This document shows positions 1 through 9,874 of a DNA stretch of 25,547 nt, in pieces. The stretch's first letter is position 1; every line of letters starts with the position of its first letter. The stretch lies in contig CAZHPN010000077.1 in the NCBI GenBank assembly GCA_964534375.1, positions 1 to 25,547 of the forward strand, in the 5' to 3' direction. Both the position numbers and the translations under genes were made by a program. The notes below the pieces were generated by a model. It did no database searches. It was not told the DNA's origin and saw only the letters and a program-made list of their open reading frames with translations. Source of the stretch: an uncultured bacterium. GTDB lineage: Bacteria > Lernaellota > Lernaellaia > Lernaellales > Lernaellaceae.

Positions 1-2
1 AT

Positions 3-857
<855 letters not shown>

Positions 858-895
858 GCGACGCCCTCACGGCAGAGTCCCGAGGAGAACCAAAG

Positions 896-1492
896 ATGTA
901 CAGCGAAAATTACGCCAAGGGAACAATCACGCGCGCGATGCTGATCTTGACGTTATTGACGGTCGTAGCCCTTGCGTTCAACGAAGCGCAAGCGCAAACG
1001 CCTCCGGCGCCGAAGAAGATCCTCGTGGTCTATTTCTCGCGCACGGGCAACACGGCCGAAGTCGCCAAGCAAATTCACGCAAGCGTCGACAGCGATCTAT
1101 TCCGGATCGAGATGGAAGATCCGTATCCCGGCGATTATGAGGCGACGAAGACGCGGGCAAGGAACGAACAGGAATCGGGCGCCAAGCCGGCGCTGAAAAC
1201 AAAAGTCAAAAACATCGAGTCCTACGACGTCATTTTTGTCGGCTACCCGATCTGGTGGGGGACCATCCCGCCGCCGATCGTGTCCTTCTTATCGCAGTAC
1301 GATCTGTCCCGCAAAACGATCGTCCCGTTTTGCACGCATGGCGGCAGCGGTCTCGACCGCAGCGTCGACGAAATCAAACGACTTTGCCCGAAGTCCACGA
1401 TTCTCGATGGCCTGGCGGTTTTGGGACGCAACGCGAAAGCGGCGAAAAACGACGTGGCGGATTGGCTTCGGCGCATAAAAATCAAGAAGTGA
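896..1492 (+). CDS. Flavodoxin with N-terminal signal peptide
   Basis: FMN-binding motifs ILVVYFSRTGNT, VGYPIWWGT and PFCTHGGSG. Hydrophobic leader ending AQA. GAGGAG RBS upstream. Confidence 0.9.
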   Translation: MYSENYAKGTITRAMLILTLLTVVALAFNEAQAQTPPAPKKILVVYFSRTGNTAEVAKQIHASVDSDLFRIEMEDPYPGDYEATKTRARNEQESGAKPALKTKVKNIESYDVIFVGYPIWWGTIPPPIVSFLSQYDLSRKTIVPFCTHGGSGLDRSVDEIKRLCPKSTILDGLAVLGRNAKAAKNDVADWLRRIKIKK

Positions 1493-1504
1493 GAGCGGAA
1501 AGGA

Positions 1505-2338
1505 ATGACCATGAAAGATTTGATTGTCGTAATCGGGTCTGGTCAGATCGGTCAGGCGATTGCGCGCCGGGTCGGGGTCGGCAAGCACGTCCTGCTTGCG
1601 GACATGCGCGAGGACAATGCCAATGCGGCGGCTGAGGTCATGGGGAACGCGGGATACGACGTGAGCGTCGCGACGGTCGACGTGTCCTCGCGCAAGGCCG
1701 TGAATGCGCTCGTCGAAAAGGCCACGGGTCTGGGCGATGTCGCCGGGCTGATCCACGCTGCCGGCGTCTCCCCCACGCAGGCGTCGCCGGCGACGATTCT
1801 CAAAGTCGATCTGTACGGCACGGCCCTCGTGCTCGAAGCGTTCGGCGCCGTGATCGCCCGCGGCGGCGCCGGCGTCGTCATCGCCTCGCAGTCCGGGCAT
1901 CGTCTTCCCCCGCTCACTGTCGAACAAAATCGGGCATTGGCCACGACACCCGTGGAAGAGTTGCTCAGTCTTTCCTTCCTTCAGCCCGACCAAGTGACAG
2001 ATTCGCTTCATGCATACCAAATCTCGAAGCGCGCGAATTCGTTGCGGGTGATGGCCGAGGCCGTGCGCTGGGGCAAGCGCGGCGCCCGCATCAACACCAT
2101 CAGCCCGGGCATCATTATGACCCCGCTCGCCAAGGACGAATTGACCGGGCCGCGCGGCGCCGGGTACCGCCGCATGCTTGAGATCTCCGCGGCCGGGCGC
2201 GCCGGCACGCCGGACGAGGTGGGAACTGTCGGCGCGTTGCTCATGGGCCCGGACGGCGGATTCATCACGGGCAGCGACTTTCTCATGGATGGCGGCGTGA
2301 CCGCCGCGTATTGGTACGGCGAACTCGCTCCAAGATGA
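1505..2338 (+). CDS. SDR family oxidoreductase
   Basis: GSGQIG nucleotide-binding motif, IHAAGVSP, catalytic YQISK, RINTISPG, ITGSDFLMDGG. Confidence 0.92.
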   Translation: MTMKDLIVVIGSGQIGQAIARRVGVGKHVLLADMREDNANAAAEVMGNAGYDVSVATVDVSSRKAVNALVEKATGLGDVAGLIHAAGVSPTQASPATILKVDLYGTALVLEAFGAVIARGGAGVVIASQSGHRLPPLTVEQNRALATTPVEELLSLSFLQPDQVTDSLHAYQISKRANSLRVMAEAVRWGKRGARINTISPGIIMTPLAKDELTGPRGAGYRRMLEISAAGRAGTPDEVGTVGALLMGPDGGFITGSDFLMDGGVTAAYWYGELAPR

Positions 2339-2412
2339 GCATTGCGCCGCCCTGATTGAACGAATCAAGGCCGGGCGACCGAGACGTCCGGCGCAAATGA
2401 AGGAGGCATCCC

Positions 2413-3429
2413 ATGCGAGGAACCATTCTCTACGGCCCGCGCGACGTGCGCTTCGAGGAGCGCGACGAGCCGAAAATTATCAAGCCGACCGACGCCGTTA
2501 TCGGCATCGCGGCCGCCTGCGTGTGCGGCTCCGACCTCTGGCCCTACCGCGGCGTCAGCCATTTTGCCGCGCCGACGCCGATGGGGCACGAGTATTGCGG
2601 CGTCGTCGAAGAGGTGGGCGGCGCCGTTAGGACGATCAAACCGGGCCAGTTTGTCATCGGGTCGTTCTTCGCTTCCGACAACACCTGCCCGCACTGCCAA
2701 TTCGGCTACCAGACATCCTGCCAGCATCGCGAGCCGGTTGGCGGCGCGCAGGCGCCCAGGCTGCGCGTGCCGTTGGCGGACGGCACGCTTGTTGCCACGC
2801 CAGACATCCCGCCCGATGAGATGGTCCCGAGCCTGCTGACGCTTTCCGACGTCATGGGCACGGGTTGGTTTGCCGCCATCGCGTCCGACGTGAAGCCGGG
2901 CGCGACGGTGGCGGTCGTCGGCGACGGCGCGGTGGGCCTGCTCGGCGTGCTGTCCGCGGCGGTCATGCGCGCCGGGCGGATCATCGCCATGAGCCGCCAC
3001 CCCACGCGCCAGAAACTCGCGCGCGAGTTCGGCGCGACCGACATCGTAACCGAGCGCGGCGACGAAGGCGTGGCCCGCATCAAAGACCTGACCGCCGGCG
3101 TCGGCGCCGACGCGACGCTCGAATGCGTGGGCACAAATGAATCCATGTGGCAGGCGATTCAGGCGACGCGCCCGGGCGGCGGCGTGGGTTTCGTCGGCGT
3201 CCCGCACGGCGTCGCGATCGGCGGCGAAGCGCTGTTTTACACGCACGTCCGACTCCACGGCGGCCCCGCGCCCGTGCGCCGCTTCCTGCCCGAGTTGATC
3301 GACCTGGTCTGGAACGGCAAGATCAACCCCGGCGAAGTGTTCGACCTGCGCCTGCCCCTCGACCAGGTCGCCGAAGGCTACCGCGCAATGGACGAACGCC
3401 GCGCGATCAAGGCGCTGTTGCTTCCCTAG
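2413..3429 (+). CDS. Zinc-dependent alcohol dehydrogenase (MDR family)
   Basis: CGSDL, GHEYCG, structural-Zn motif DNTCPHC...C, GDGAVG Rossmann motif. AAGGAGG RBS upstream. Confidence 0.95.
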   Translation: MRGTILYGPRDVRFEERDEPKIIKPTDAVIGIAAACVCGSDLWPYRGVSHFAAPTPMGHEYCGVVEEVGGAVRTIKPGQFVIGSFFASDNTCPHCQFGYQTSCQHREPVGGAQAPRLRVPLADGTLVATPDIPPDEMVPSLLTLSDVMGTGWFAAIASDVKPGATVAVVGDGAVGLLGVLSAAVMRAGRIIAMSRHPTRQKLAREFGATDIVTERGDEGVARIKDLTAGVGADATLECVGTNESMWQAIQATRPGGGVGFVGVPHGVAIGGEALFYTHVRLHGGPAPVRRFLPELIDLVWNGKINPGEVFDLRLPLDQVAEGYRAMDERRAIKALLLP

Positions 3430-3455
3430 TCTTTATTTTGCACAAGGAGCGAACC

Positions 3456-3788
3456 ATGAGTGAAAAATCCACCGTGGCGAAAACATTGATCGGCGACATC
3501 GCGCCGAAGCTGGCCGAGATCACCGACGGCGTTTTGTTCGACGACGTGTGGGAACGCCCGCAGTTGTCGAAACGCGATCGCAGCCTGATTACGTGCGCCG
3601 CGCTGGTGACGGCCGGCAAGATCGAACAACTGAAAATGCATTTTCCGTTCGCGATCGAAAACGGCGTGACGCACGAAGAGCTCATCGAGCTCATCACGCA
3701 TTTGGCGTTTTACGCCAGTTGGCCGAGCGCGATGAGCGCCCTCACGGTGGCGAGGGAAGTGTTGCCAAAACAAGACGCATCCCGCTGA
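3456..3788 (+). CDS. Carboxymuconolactone decarboxylase (CMD/AhpD-like) family protein
   Basis: [20 protein letters not shown]...H...[21 protein letters not shown]. The ATG at 3456 follows AAGGAG; the ORF track start at 3147 is a spurious extension. Confidence 0.9.
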   Translation: MSEKSTVAKTLIGDIAPKLAEITDGVLFDDVWERPQLSKRDRSLITCAALVTAGKIEQLKMHFPFAIENGVTHEELIELITHLAFYASWPSAMSALTVAREVLPKQDASR

Positions 3789-3816
3789 CCAAACAAGGCG
3801 TCCGGAGGGCTCGCAG

Positions 3817-4758
3817 GTGAAATCTTCCAACGACAAATCGCCGGAACCGAGCGAACCCGCTGTAGCGCGGCTCGCCGAGTTGATCAAAGCCTACGCGCCG
3901 CACGACGGCATCTTCGATTTGCGCGTGCCCGGCGTGCAAGTGATTCGTCGTTCGCGCGTCTACACGGAACTCGTGCACGGCCTGCAATCGGCGGCCGTGT
4001 GCATCGTCGCGCAGGGCGCGAAGAGCGTGATGGTGGGGCGGGAGGTTTACGAGTACGACGCGTCGCGCCTGATCGCCTTCTCGGTCGATCTGCCCGTGGC
4101 CGCGCAGGTCACGCGCGCCAGCTACGCCGAGCCTTTTCTCTGTTTCCGGCTCGATCTCGATCCGAGCACGATCGCGCGGCTGGTCTTGAAGGTGTTTCCG
4201 CACGGCCTGCCGCGGGCGCCAGACAGCCGCGCGGTGGTCCTCGGCCAGGCCGACGCGAATATCATCAACGCCGCCATTCGCTTGGTCGAATTGATGGCGC
4301 AGCCCGGCGACGCGGAACTGCTCGCGCCGCTGGTCGTCGATGAAATTCTGATCCGCCTGCTGCGCAGTCCCGTGGGCGTTCGCGTGGCCCAGATCGGCTT
4401 GGCGGATTCCGGCGTGCACGGCGTCGCGAAAGCGGTGTCGTGGCTGCGAACCAATTTCGCGCAGCCGATGAAGGTCGAAGAGCTGGCGAAATTGGCGAGC
4501 ATGAGCGTCTCTTCGTTCCACCAGCATTTCAAATCCGTCACCTCGATGAGCCCGTTGCAGTTTCAGAAGGTGCTCCGCCTGCAAGAGGCAAGGCGCCTGA
4601 TGCTGTCGGCGATGATGGATGCGGGCAGCGCCAGTTGGCGCGTGGGGTACGCCAGCGCCTCGCAGTTCAGCAGAGAATACGGCCGTTTCTTCGGCAGCGC
4701 GCCGACCAAAGACATCGCCCGGTTGCGCGAACGAGTGGGTGAAGTTGCCGAGGGGTAG
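3817..4758 (+). CDS. AraC family transcriptional regulator (AraC_N-type N-terminal domain)
   Basis: CIVAQGAK...YEYD N-terminal domain. C-terminal double [21 protein letters not shown]...SPLQFQK...[21 protein letters not shown] start is uncertain. Confidence 0.93.
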   Translation: MKSSNDKSPEPSEPAVARLAELIKAYAPHDGIFDLRVPGVQVIRRSRVYTELVHGLQSAAVCIVAQGAKSVMVGREVYEYDASRLIAFSVDLPVAAQVTRASYAEPFLCFRLDLDPSTIARLVLKVFPHGLPRAPDSRAVVLGQADANIINAAIRLVELMAQPGDAELLAPLVVDEILIRLLRSPVGVRVAQIGLADSGVHGVAKAVSWLRTNFAQPMKVEELAKLASMSVSSFHQHFKSVTSMSPLQFQKVLRLQEARRLMLSAMMDAGSASWRVGYASASQFSREYGRFFGSAPTKDIARLRERVGEVAEG

Positions 4759-5886
4759 ATGAAAAAGACTCGTTGGTTTATCGCCATTCTGTTCGCCATC
4801 GCGACGTTTTCGGTGTACGCGGCGGCCGGGCCCGGCATCGACTATGGCCCGTGGCTGACCGGCGTGACGCAACATTCGGTTACGGTGAAGTGGGGTTCGT
4901 CGCCATCCGTCGGCAAGGTGGAATACGGCCCGACCGCGGCGCTGGGCCGCGAGGCCGAGGCGGTGTACGCCGGCGGCGTTCATCAGGCGGAGCTGACCTC
5001 GCTGGCCGCCGGCGCGCGCTGCTACTACCGCGTGACCGGCGGCGGCGAGACCGGCAAGCTGCAATCCTTCCTGACCGCGCCGGAACCCACCGCGCCGTTT
5101 CATTTCGGCGTCCTCAGCGACACCCAGGGCGCCCCGAGCGCCTACGCGGCGGTCATCGAGCCGCTCAAGGCGACCGACCCGGCTTTCGTGCTGCACAACG
5201 GCGACTTGGTCGACTACCCCTTTGTCGATCTCGAATGGCGGCATTTTTGGGGCGTGACGGATCGGCTCGCCGGCCAGGCGCCCTATTTCCCCGTACGCGG
5301 CAATCACGACGGGATGCTCGGCGGCAAACAGCATTTCGCTTTGTACTGGTCCAATCCGCGGAACAACAGCGTCATTTCGCGCTCCGTCTATAGCTTTCAA
5401 TACGGCAATACGTACTTCATCGCGTTGGACATCAACGAACCGTATGCCGCCGGTTCGCCGCAACACCAGTGGCTCGCCAGGCAACTCGCGTACGCCAAAA
5501 TCCGGCCCGACGTAAAACATTGCATCGTGTACGCGCACTTTCCGCCGTATTCCTGCTCCGCGCACGGCGCCGACGCCAACGTCCTGGAGTTCCGCGCGGC
5601 CGTGGTCCCGCTGTTCGAGAAATACGACATCGATCTTTCCCTGGCGGGGCACGATCACGGCTATCAGCGCTCGGTCGTGAACGGCATTACGTACGTGGTC
5701 GCCGGCTGCGCGAGCTCGCGCACCTACAGTTGCAACCCCCAATCGTGGACGTTGAAGTGCGAAAAGACGACCAACTTCGCCAACATCGCGATCGACGGCG
5801 AGGCCATGCGCGTCGAGGCCCGCCGGCCGGATCGCAGCCTGATCGATTCGTTCACCATCACCCACGATTTCCACGGACGAAGTTGA
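4759..5886 (+). CDS. Secreted metallophosphoesterase, purple-acid-phosphatase-like, with FN3-like N-terminal domain
   Basis: Signal peptide, then HQAELTSL..GARCYYRV (FN3-like). Metal-binding motifs SDTQ, GDLVD, GNHD, AHFPPY, GHDH. Confidence 0.88.
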   Translation: MKKTRWFIAILFAIATFSVYAAAGPGIDYGPWLTGVTQHSVTVKWGSSPSVGKVEYGPTAALGREAEAVYAGGVHQAELTSLAAGARCYYRVTGGGETGKLQSFLTAPEPTAPFHFGVLSDTQGAPSAYAAVIEPLKATDPAFVLHNGDLVDYPFVDLEWRHFWGVTDRLAGQAPYFPVRGNHDGMLGGKQHFALYWSNPRNNSVISRSVYSFQYGNTYFIALDINEPYAAGSPQHQWLARQLAYAKIRPDVKHCIVYAHFPPYSCSAHGADANVLEFRAAVVPLFEKYDIDLSLAGHDHGYQRSVVNGITYVVAGCASSRTYSCNPQSWTLKCEKTTNFANIAIDGEAMRVEARRPDRSLIDSFTITHDFHGRS

Positions 5887-5929
5887 CGGCGGCGACGACG
5901 ATCATCAACCGGCGATGAGGGGAGGGGCC

Positions 5930-6727
5930 TTATTCTTTTACGCCGATCGTGCGGCTGATGTTATTCGCGCGCTTGCCGACTTCTTTTTCAATAAAGGGCC
6001 GAAACAAGGGAATGTGCCGCGCCACACGCGCCGCAAGCGGGATTTTTATGAAAGGCTGCTGCGTGATTTTTTTTGTTTTGTTCGAGATACGCCCAGTTGA
6101 CGCCAGTTCCTCTCCCGCCCGGCTATAGGCGGCCAAAACGGTTTTCGCCTTATCGTGTTCTTGGCGTTCGGTCGCTTCCAACATTGCCATCCATGCTGCC
6201 GCGCCTCGACGCTCCAAATGCGCCAACTGCGGCGCGTCCATGAATCGTCCGAAAATTCGGAAGTACTCCCCGGTGTTGCGAACCGTCATATTCTCCACAT
6301 TATCGCACACCACGATAGAAACAAACGGCTTGCCGGCGATTGCCCGATCCGTGTCGTGGAAAAATAAACCCGATTTCGTTAATAATATTTTTTCAACAGG
6401 CGCAAGTGAATGAATTCTCTCCAGGAAACGTTTCAAAAGGCTCGATGCGCCAAACAGATAGACCGGCGACGCATAAATCAGAATATCGGCGTCCCGCATC
6501 TTGTGGAAGACCTCTGCGGCGTCGTCCTTGCCGTCGAAAATACATTGATAAGCTTTTGTTCTCTGACAATGATTGCACGCCCGGCAACTGTCAATATTCA
6601 GTTGGGCAAGATGCACTGCCTCCCAGACTCCGCCTGCTTTCTCGACGCCCGCGCCCATGCTCTGAAGAATTTTGCCGGTAGCGCCCCTGTCGCCCCGAAG
6701 ACTTCCATTGAGCGCCAAAACTTTCAT
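5930..6727 (-). CDS. Flavodoxin-family iron-sulfur flavoprotein / NADPH-dependent FMN reductase
   Basis: MKVLALNGSLR..GAT, CRACNHC...C cluster motif, ADILIYASPVY, LKRFLER. Confidence 0.88.
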   Translation of the reverse strand: MKVLALNGSLRGDRGATGKILQSMGAGVEKAGGVWEAVHLAQLNIDSCRACNHCQRTKAYQCIFDGKDDAAEVFHKMRDADILIYASPVYLFGASSLLKRFLERIHSLAPVEKILLTKSGLFFHDTDRAIAGKPFVSIVVCDNVENMTVRNTGEYFRIFGRFMDAPQLAHLERRGAAAWMAMLEATERQEHDKAKTVLAAYSRAGEELASTGRISNKTKKITQQPFIKIPLAARVARHIPLFRPFIEKEVGKRANNISRTIGVKE

Positions 6728-6776
6728 GCTGCATCTCCCAATTCTGCCGCAGGGACCGCAGCCGCCAGACCGCCGT

Positions 6777-7232
6777 CTACGCCTCGTTCTTTGCGCCTTT
6801 CGACGTGGCGTTCGCGTACACTTTCCCGATCAGACGAAACAGCGCCGTCTTCTCGCGCTCGCTCAGGCCGCGGTACAACTCCGCGTTCATGGCGTCGGAG
6901 ATTTCCCAAACCACCGGCCGGAGCCCCCTCGCCTTCTTGGTCATTCCGATCACCACGACGCGCGAATCGCCCGCGCTCCTCTCCTTCGTGACGTACCCGC
7001 CGGCCTCTAGCCGCTTGATCACCGCCGAAACCGTGGACTTGTCCTTCAACGTCAGACGCGCAATATCCTGCAACGCCAACGGTCCGCGCTGGTCCAACAC
7101 GAACAACACGTCGCCGTAGGACGGGGAGATGTCTTTGACGCCCCGCGCCACGAGTTCGCTTTCGAGGAAAGCGTGCTGCTGTTGGCGGATCTTCGACAGC
7201 GCGAACAGAAGATTATTCTGGTTGATCTTCAC
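6777..7232 (-). CDS. MarR family transcriptional regulator
   Basis: wHTH DIARLTLKDKSTVSAVIKRLEAGGYV and DSRVVVIGMT wing. Its GTG start overlaps the upstream TGA (GTGA). Confidence 0.9.
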   Translation of the reverse strand: MKINQNNLLFALSKIRQQQHAFLESELVARGVKDISPSYGDVLFVLDQRGPLALQDIARLTLKDKSTVSAVIKRLEAGGYVTKERSAGDSRVVVIGMTKKARGLRPVVWEISDAMNAELYRGLSEREKTALFRLIGKVYANATSKGAKNEA

Positions 7233-8182
7233 TGGATCACGTCGGTCGGCCGTGGCCGCGCCAGATGGTATTTCACGTTTTCGCTTCGGTGCGTCAGTTT
7301 ATAGCCCGAAAAGACCAGGAACGTGGTGAACGCCAGGAAAAAGACATAGCTCAACTTCAGCGCGCCGGGTTCTTCGTACGAGGGAATGCGGCTTTCGTCG
7401 AGCACCATCGTCAGGCCGCCGCTCTTGCATTGTTCGGCGCAAAGGCCGCAGCCCAGGCATTGGTTGAGGTCGATGACCGGCCGCTTGTCGTCGGTCAAGG
7501 AAATGGCCTTCACCGGGCACCGCTTGGCGCAGGCGCCGCATTGCTTGCAGTCGGCGGCGTTGACAACCGGTTCGTACGGGCCGCGCGGCGAAACGTCCAG
7601 GCCGAACTTGTAGCGCATATTGAGCTCGATGCAGCAATCGGCGCAGCATGAGCAAATGTTGTATTGATACGGCTCGATGCACGATTCCAGCGAGAGGACC
7701 AAGCCGTGCTTTCGCGCGTTCCGCACGATCGCGATCGCCTCTGCCTTGGTGAGCTCCTTGCTGTACGGATTGCCCACCTTGAGACCGCGCTTCGCGCGCA
7801 ACTTCGCCGCCAGTTTCTCCATGCTCGTGATCATTTTGGAAAAGGTATTGATCTTTATACAACAGTAGAGCGGCGCGTCGCAGCCCTTGTCGAAGACCGC
7901 CCGACAAGCGCACGGCCCGACCGAAATGTGCTCGGTCGCGTTGATGACTTCTTCGATGTCCTGCAGCGGCAGCTTCACGGCGGCCGTGTGGACGTGCTTG
8001 TAGTAGGCGGTCATCAGCGCCTTGAACGCGTGGCCGACCACCGGGAGCTGCGACTTTTCGCCCATGAAATAGTAGAACTTGATGGCGTCGACGGCGTTGA
8101 GCGCGAACAAGCGGAAAAGCTGCCGCCGCATGAACGAGCGATCGTCCACCAGGCGGACGGCGGGGTTTACTCTTTGGTCCAT
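7229..8182 (-). CDS. 4Fe-4S dicluster binding protein with C-terminal membrane anchor
   Basis: Two CxxCxxCxxxC motifs (CKQCGACAKRCP, CLGCGLCAEQC), plus CACR and ICSCCADCC. Hydrophobic helix near the C-terminus. Confidence 0.85.
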   Translation of the reverse strand: MDQRVNPAVRLVDDRSFMRRQLFRLFALNAVDAIKFYYFMGEKSQLPVVGHAFKALMTAYYKHVHTAAVKLPLQDIEEVINATEHISVGPCACRAVFDKGCDAPLYCCIKINTFSKMITSMEKLAAKLRAKRGLKVGNPYSKELTKAEAIAIVRNARKHGLVLSLESCIEPYQYNICSCCADCCIELNMRYKFGLDVSPRGPYEPVVNAADCKQCGACAKRCPVKAISLTDDKRPVIDLNQCLGCGLCAEQCKSGGLTMVLDESRIPSYEEPGALKLSYVFFLAFTTFLVFSGYKLTHRSENVKYHLARPRPTDVIQ

Positions 8183-8224
8183 GGCGCGGTTCCCCTTCCC
8201 CTCTCTTGCCGTGACGAGGCGAAA

Positions 8225-8244
8225 ATAGTTTTGTACAAAACCAT
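8225..8244. promoter_or_regulatory. Palindromic operator, likely bound by the MarR protein of this operon
   Basis: ATAGTTTTGTACAAAACCAT has a perfect 14-bp palindromic core (8228-8241) and lies directly downstream of the minus-strand -10 box. Confidence 0.7.
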
Positions 8245-8248
8245 CTCG

Positions 8249-8277
8249 ACATTATCGCGGGGCGCGCGGCCGGTCAA
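8249..8277 (-). promoter_or_regulatory. Sigma70-type promoter for the 4Fe-4S/marR/flavoprotein operon
   Basis: TTGACC (8277-8272), 17-nt spacer, TAATGT (8254-8249). Confidence 0.55.
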
Positions 8278-8372
8278 GCCGCGCCGGCACGAGGACAAAC
8301 ACTCGTTGCTCACATAACGGGCACAAGAAATAACCATGCATGTTTGCTGTTGGCGAAACTAATGGCGCGGGC

Positions 8373-8401
8373 TTTACACTCTCGATTCGAGAGTTTATAC
8401 T
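8373..8401 (+). promoter_or_regulatory. Sigma70-type promoter with inverted-repeat operator in the spacer; probably leaderless transcript
   Basis: TTTACA (8373-8378), 17-nt spacer, TATACT (8396-8401). ACTCTCGA-T-TCGAGAGT at 8378-8394. The ATG is 6 nt after the -10 box and has no SD. Confidence 0.75.
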
Positions 8402-8407
8402 TCGCAC

Positions 8408-8680
8408 ATGAATTTGGATCAGACAAATATTGAAAAGGCGTTGACGACCCTGGGCGCGGTTCTCGCAAGCAGAGGATTTACGTATGAGCTTGTCGTCGTC
8501 GGCGGCAGTGCCTTGATGATGCTCGGCGTCATCTCGCGGCCGACGAAAGACATTGACGTAGTGGCGTTGGTTCAGGCGGCCGCCTGGGCGGAAAGCCATG
8601 ACCCCTCGCCGGCTTTCCATTCCTTGGCAAAACAGGCGTTGGCCGCCTTCGGCATCGGGGAAGACAATGATCGGGCTTAG
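8408..8680 (+). pseudogene. DUF6036/AbiEii-like nucleotidyltransferase, apparently with an in-frame internal deletion
   Basis: The NTase signature ELVVVGGSAL...RPTKDIDVVALV is joined directly to a C-terminal-type segment, AAAWAESHDPSPAF. The product is only 90 aa and lacks the central part I recall for this family. Confidence 0.65.
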
Positions 8681-9617
8681 CGAACGGCTTCTTGAACAGG
8701 CCCTCGATCTGCTCTGGAGCCTTTGGACTGAACTCGGGGTTTCGGGATGGGGCAAGGCTTATCCGGATTGCGCTGTCGATCCTGAACCGCTCATTCTTTT
8801 TACGGCCGCGCTCGGCGATGCGGACCCACGCTTGCGGGATGAGGCAACGGACTGGTGCATCAAATACGGCTGCTATATCTCGGGCACTCGCCTGCGGAAT
8901 CTGCTGAACAAAGAAAGTGAATCGGCGCAAAAGAAGTTCGGAGAATTCGCGGCAACGGTAGCGGCTCATTCGAAGCAACGCTGGCCGGGTGCAACCAGTG
9001 CGCGAAAATACCGACCGACCGGGCGTTCTCAGATTGACGACTTCTCCAAGCCCTCGATGATTGTGCTCCGTCTGCGGGCGTTGCTGGGAGTCAGTGCGAG
9101 AGCCGATGCCGTGAAGGTGTTTCTATCGCGCCCCGGCGATTCATTTTCGGCCTCGGATATCGCCGGCGAAACGAACTTCACCAAGCGGCACGTCGCGACG
9201 GCGTTGGAGAGCCTGAGGATGGGGGGCCTATTGGAGTCGTTGCCGCTTCGGAACCAAGTGCAGCACCAACTACGGTCGGCAGAGGAAGTGCTTGTCGCAG
9301 TTGGTTCCGTGCCGCGTGCTTTTCCGAATTGGGTTGCCGTATTTCATTGTCTCGGGACGCTCGTGGAAATGGCGCGAAGAGTCGAAAAGCTGAATGAGGT
9401 TGTTCGCGAAGTCGAGGTAAAATCCGCGCTGAACAAACTTGCGATTGAAATACGCGCGGCCCGATTGCCGGCGCCGCCAAACGGTGTCTCAGGGGCCGCC
9501 TTTTGGCCGGCATTCACGGCCTGGGTCTTGGGAATTGCCGACAGGGCGAAAAACGCGGGAACAAATCGGGGTTGGCTCGTTGCGACGCAGCCTGTTCCTG
9601 CGCCAAGTCTTCGATAA
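8667..9617 (+). CDS. Conserved hypothetical protein with internal winged HTH; putative antitoxin/regulator partner
   Basis: The ATG at 8667 overlaps the upstream ORF by 14 nt. N-terminal LWSLWTELGVSG..DPEPLILFT..DPRLRDEATDWC. HTH: FSASDIAGETNFTKRHVATALESLRMGGLL. Confidence 0.7.
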   Translation: MIGLSERLLEQALDLLWSLWTELGVSGWGKAYPDCAVDPEPLILFTAALGDADPRLRDEATDWCIKYGCYISGTRLRNLLNKESESAQKKFGEFAATVAAHSKQRWPGATSARKYRPTGRSQIDDFSKPSMIVLRLRALLGVSARADAVKVFLSRPGDSFSASDIAGETNFTKRHVATALESLRMGGLLESLPLRNQVQHQLRSAEEVLVAVGSVPRAFPNWVAVFHCLGTLVEMARRVEKLNEVVREVEVKSALNKLAIEIRAARLPAPPNGVSGAAFWPAFTAWVLGIADRAKNAGTNRGWLVATQPVPAPSLR

Positions 9618-9674
9618 ATAGTGGTGGATCAGAACGTTCTTCGACCGCATCGACATCGGGCCGCAGGTCCGAGA

Positions 9675-9736
9675 CAAAAATGGGAAGGGGACCAAGCGCA
9701 GGAAGCTCGCGCTTCGCACGCTGTTTCCCCTTCCCA
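9675..9736 (-). terminator. Intrinsic terminator of the tRNA operon (long hairpin plus U-tract)
   Basis: Perfect 11-bp inverted repeat TGGGAAGGGGA (9681-9691) / TCCCCTTCCCA (9726-9736), with inner AGCG/CGCT and GAAGC/GCTTC stems. Followed by TTTTTG on the minus strand. Confidence 0.7.
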
Positions 9737-9751
9737 ATCCGAGAAGGCTTG

Positions 9752-9825
9752 CGACCCCAACGGGATTCGAACCCGTGTTGCCGGCGTGAAAGGCCGGTGT
9801 CCTGACCGGGCTAGACGATGGGGTC
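9752..9825 (-). tRNA. tRNA-Glu (TTC)
   Basis: Acceptor stem GACCCCA/TGGGGTC, anticodon arm CCGGC-CTTTCAC-GCCGG, T arm with GGTTCGAATCC. CCA is not encoded. Confidence 0.96.
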
Positions 9826-9874
9826 AGAAAATGCCCAGGCGCCTCGGCGCTCGCTCCGTTCGGCCCCGGACCGT

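Noticed and set aside
8280..8372. Search for a duplicated tRNA 3' end marking the left boundary of an integrated island
   Set aside because: I found no direct repeat of the tRNA-Glu or tRNA-Lys ends, so a formal genomic island cannot be called.
9621..9646. TGGTGGA...TCGACC resembling a reversed tRNA/tmRNA 3' end (possible att remnant), containing the palindrome AGAACGTTCT
   Set aside because: The spacing is off, there is no T-stem pairing, it does not match the adjacent tRNA-Glu or tRNA-Lys 3' ends, and no integrase is present in the window.
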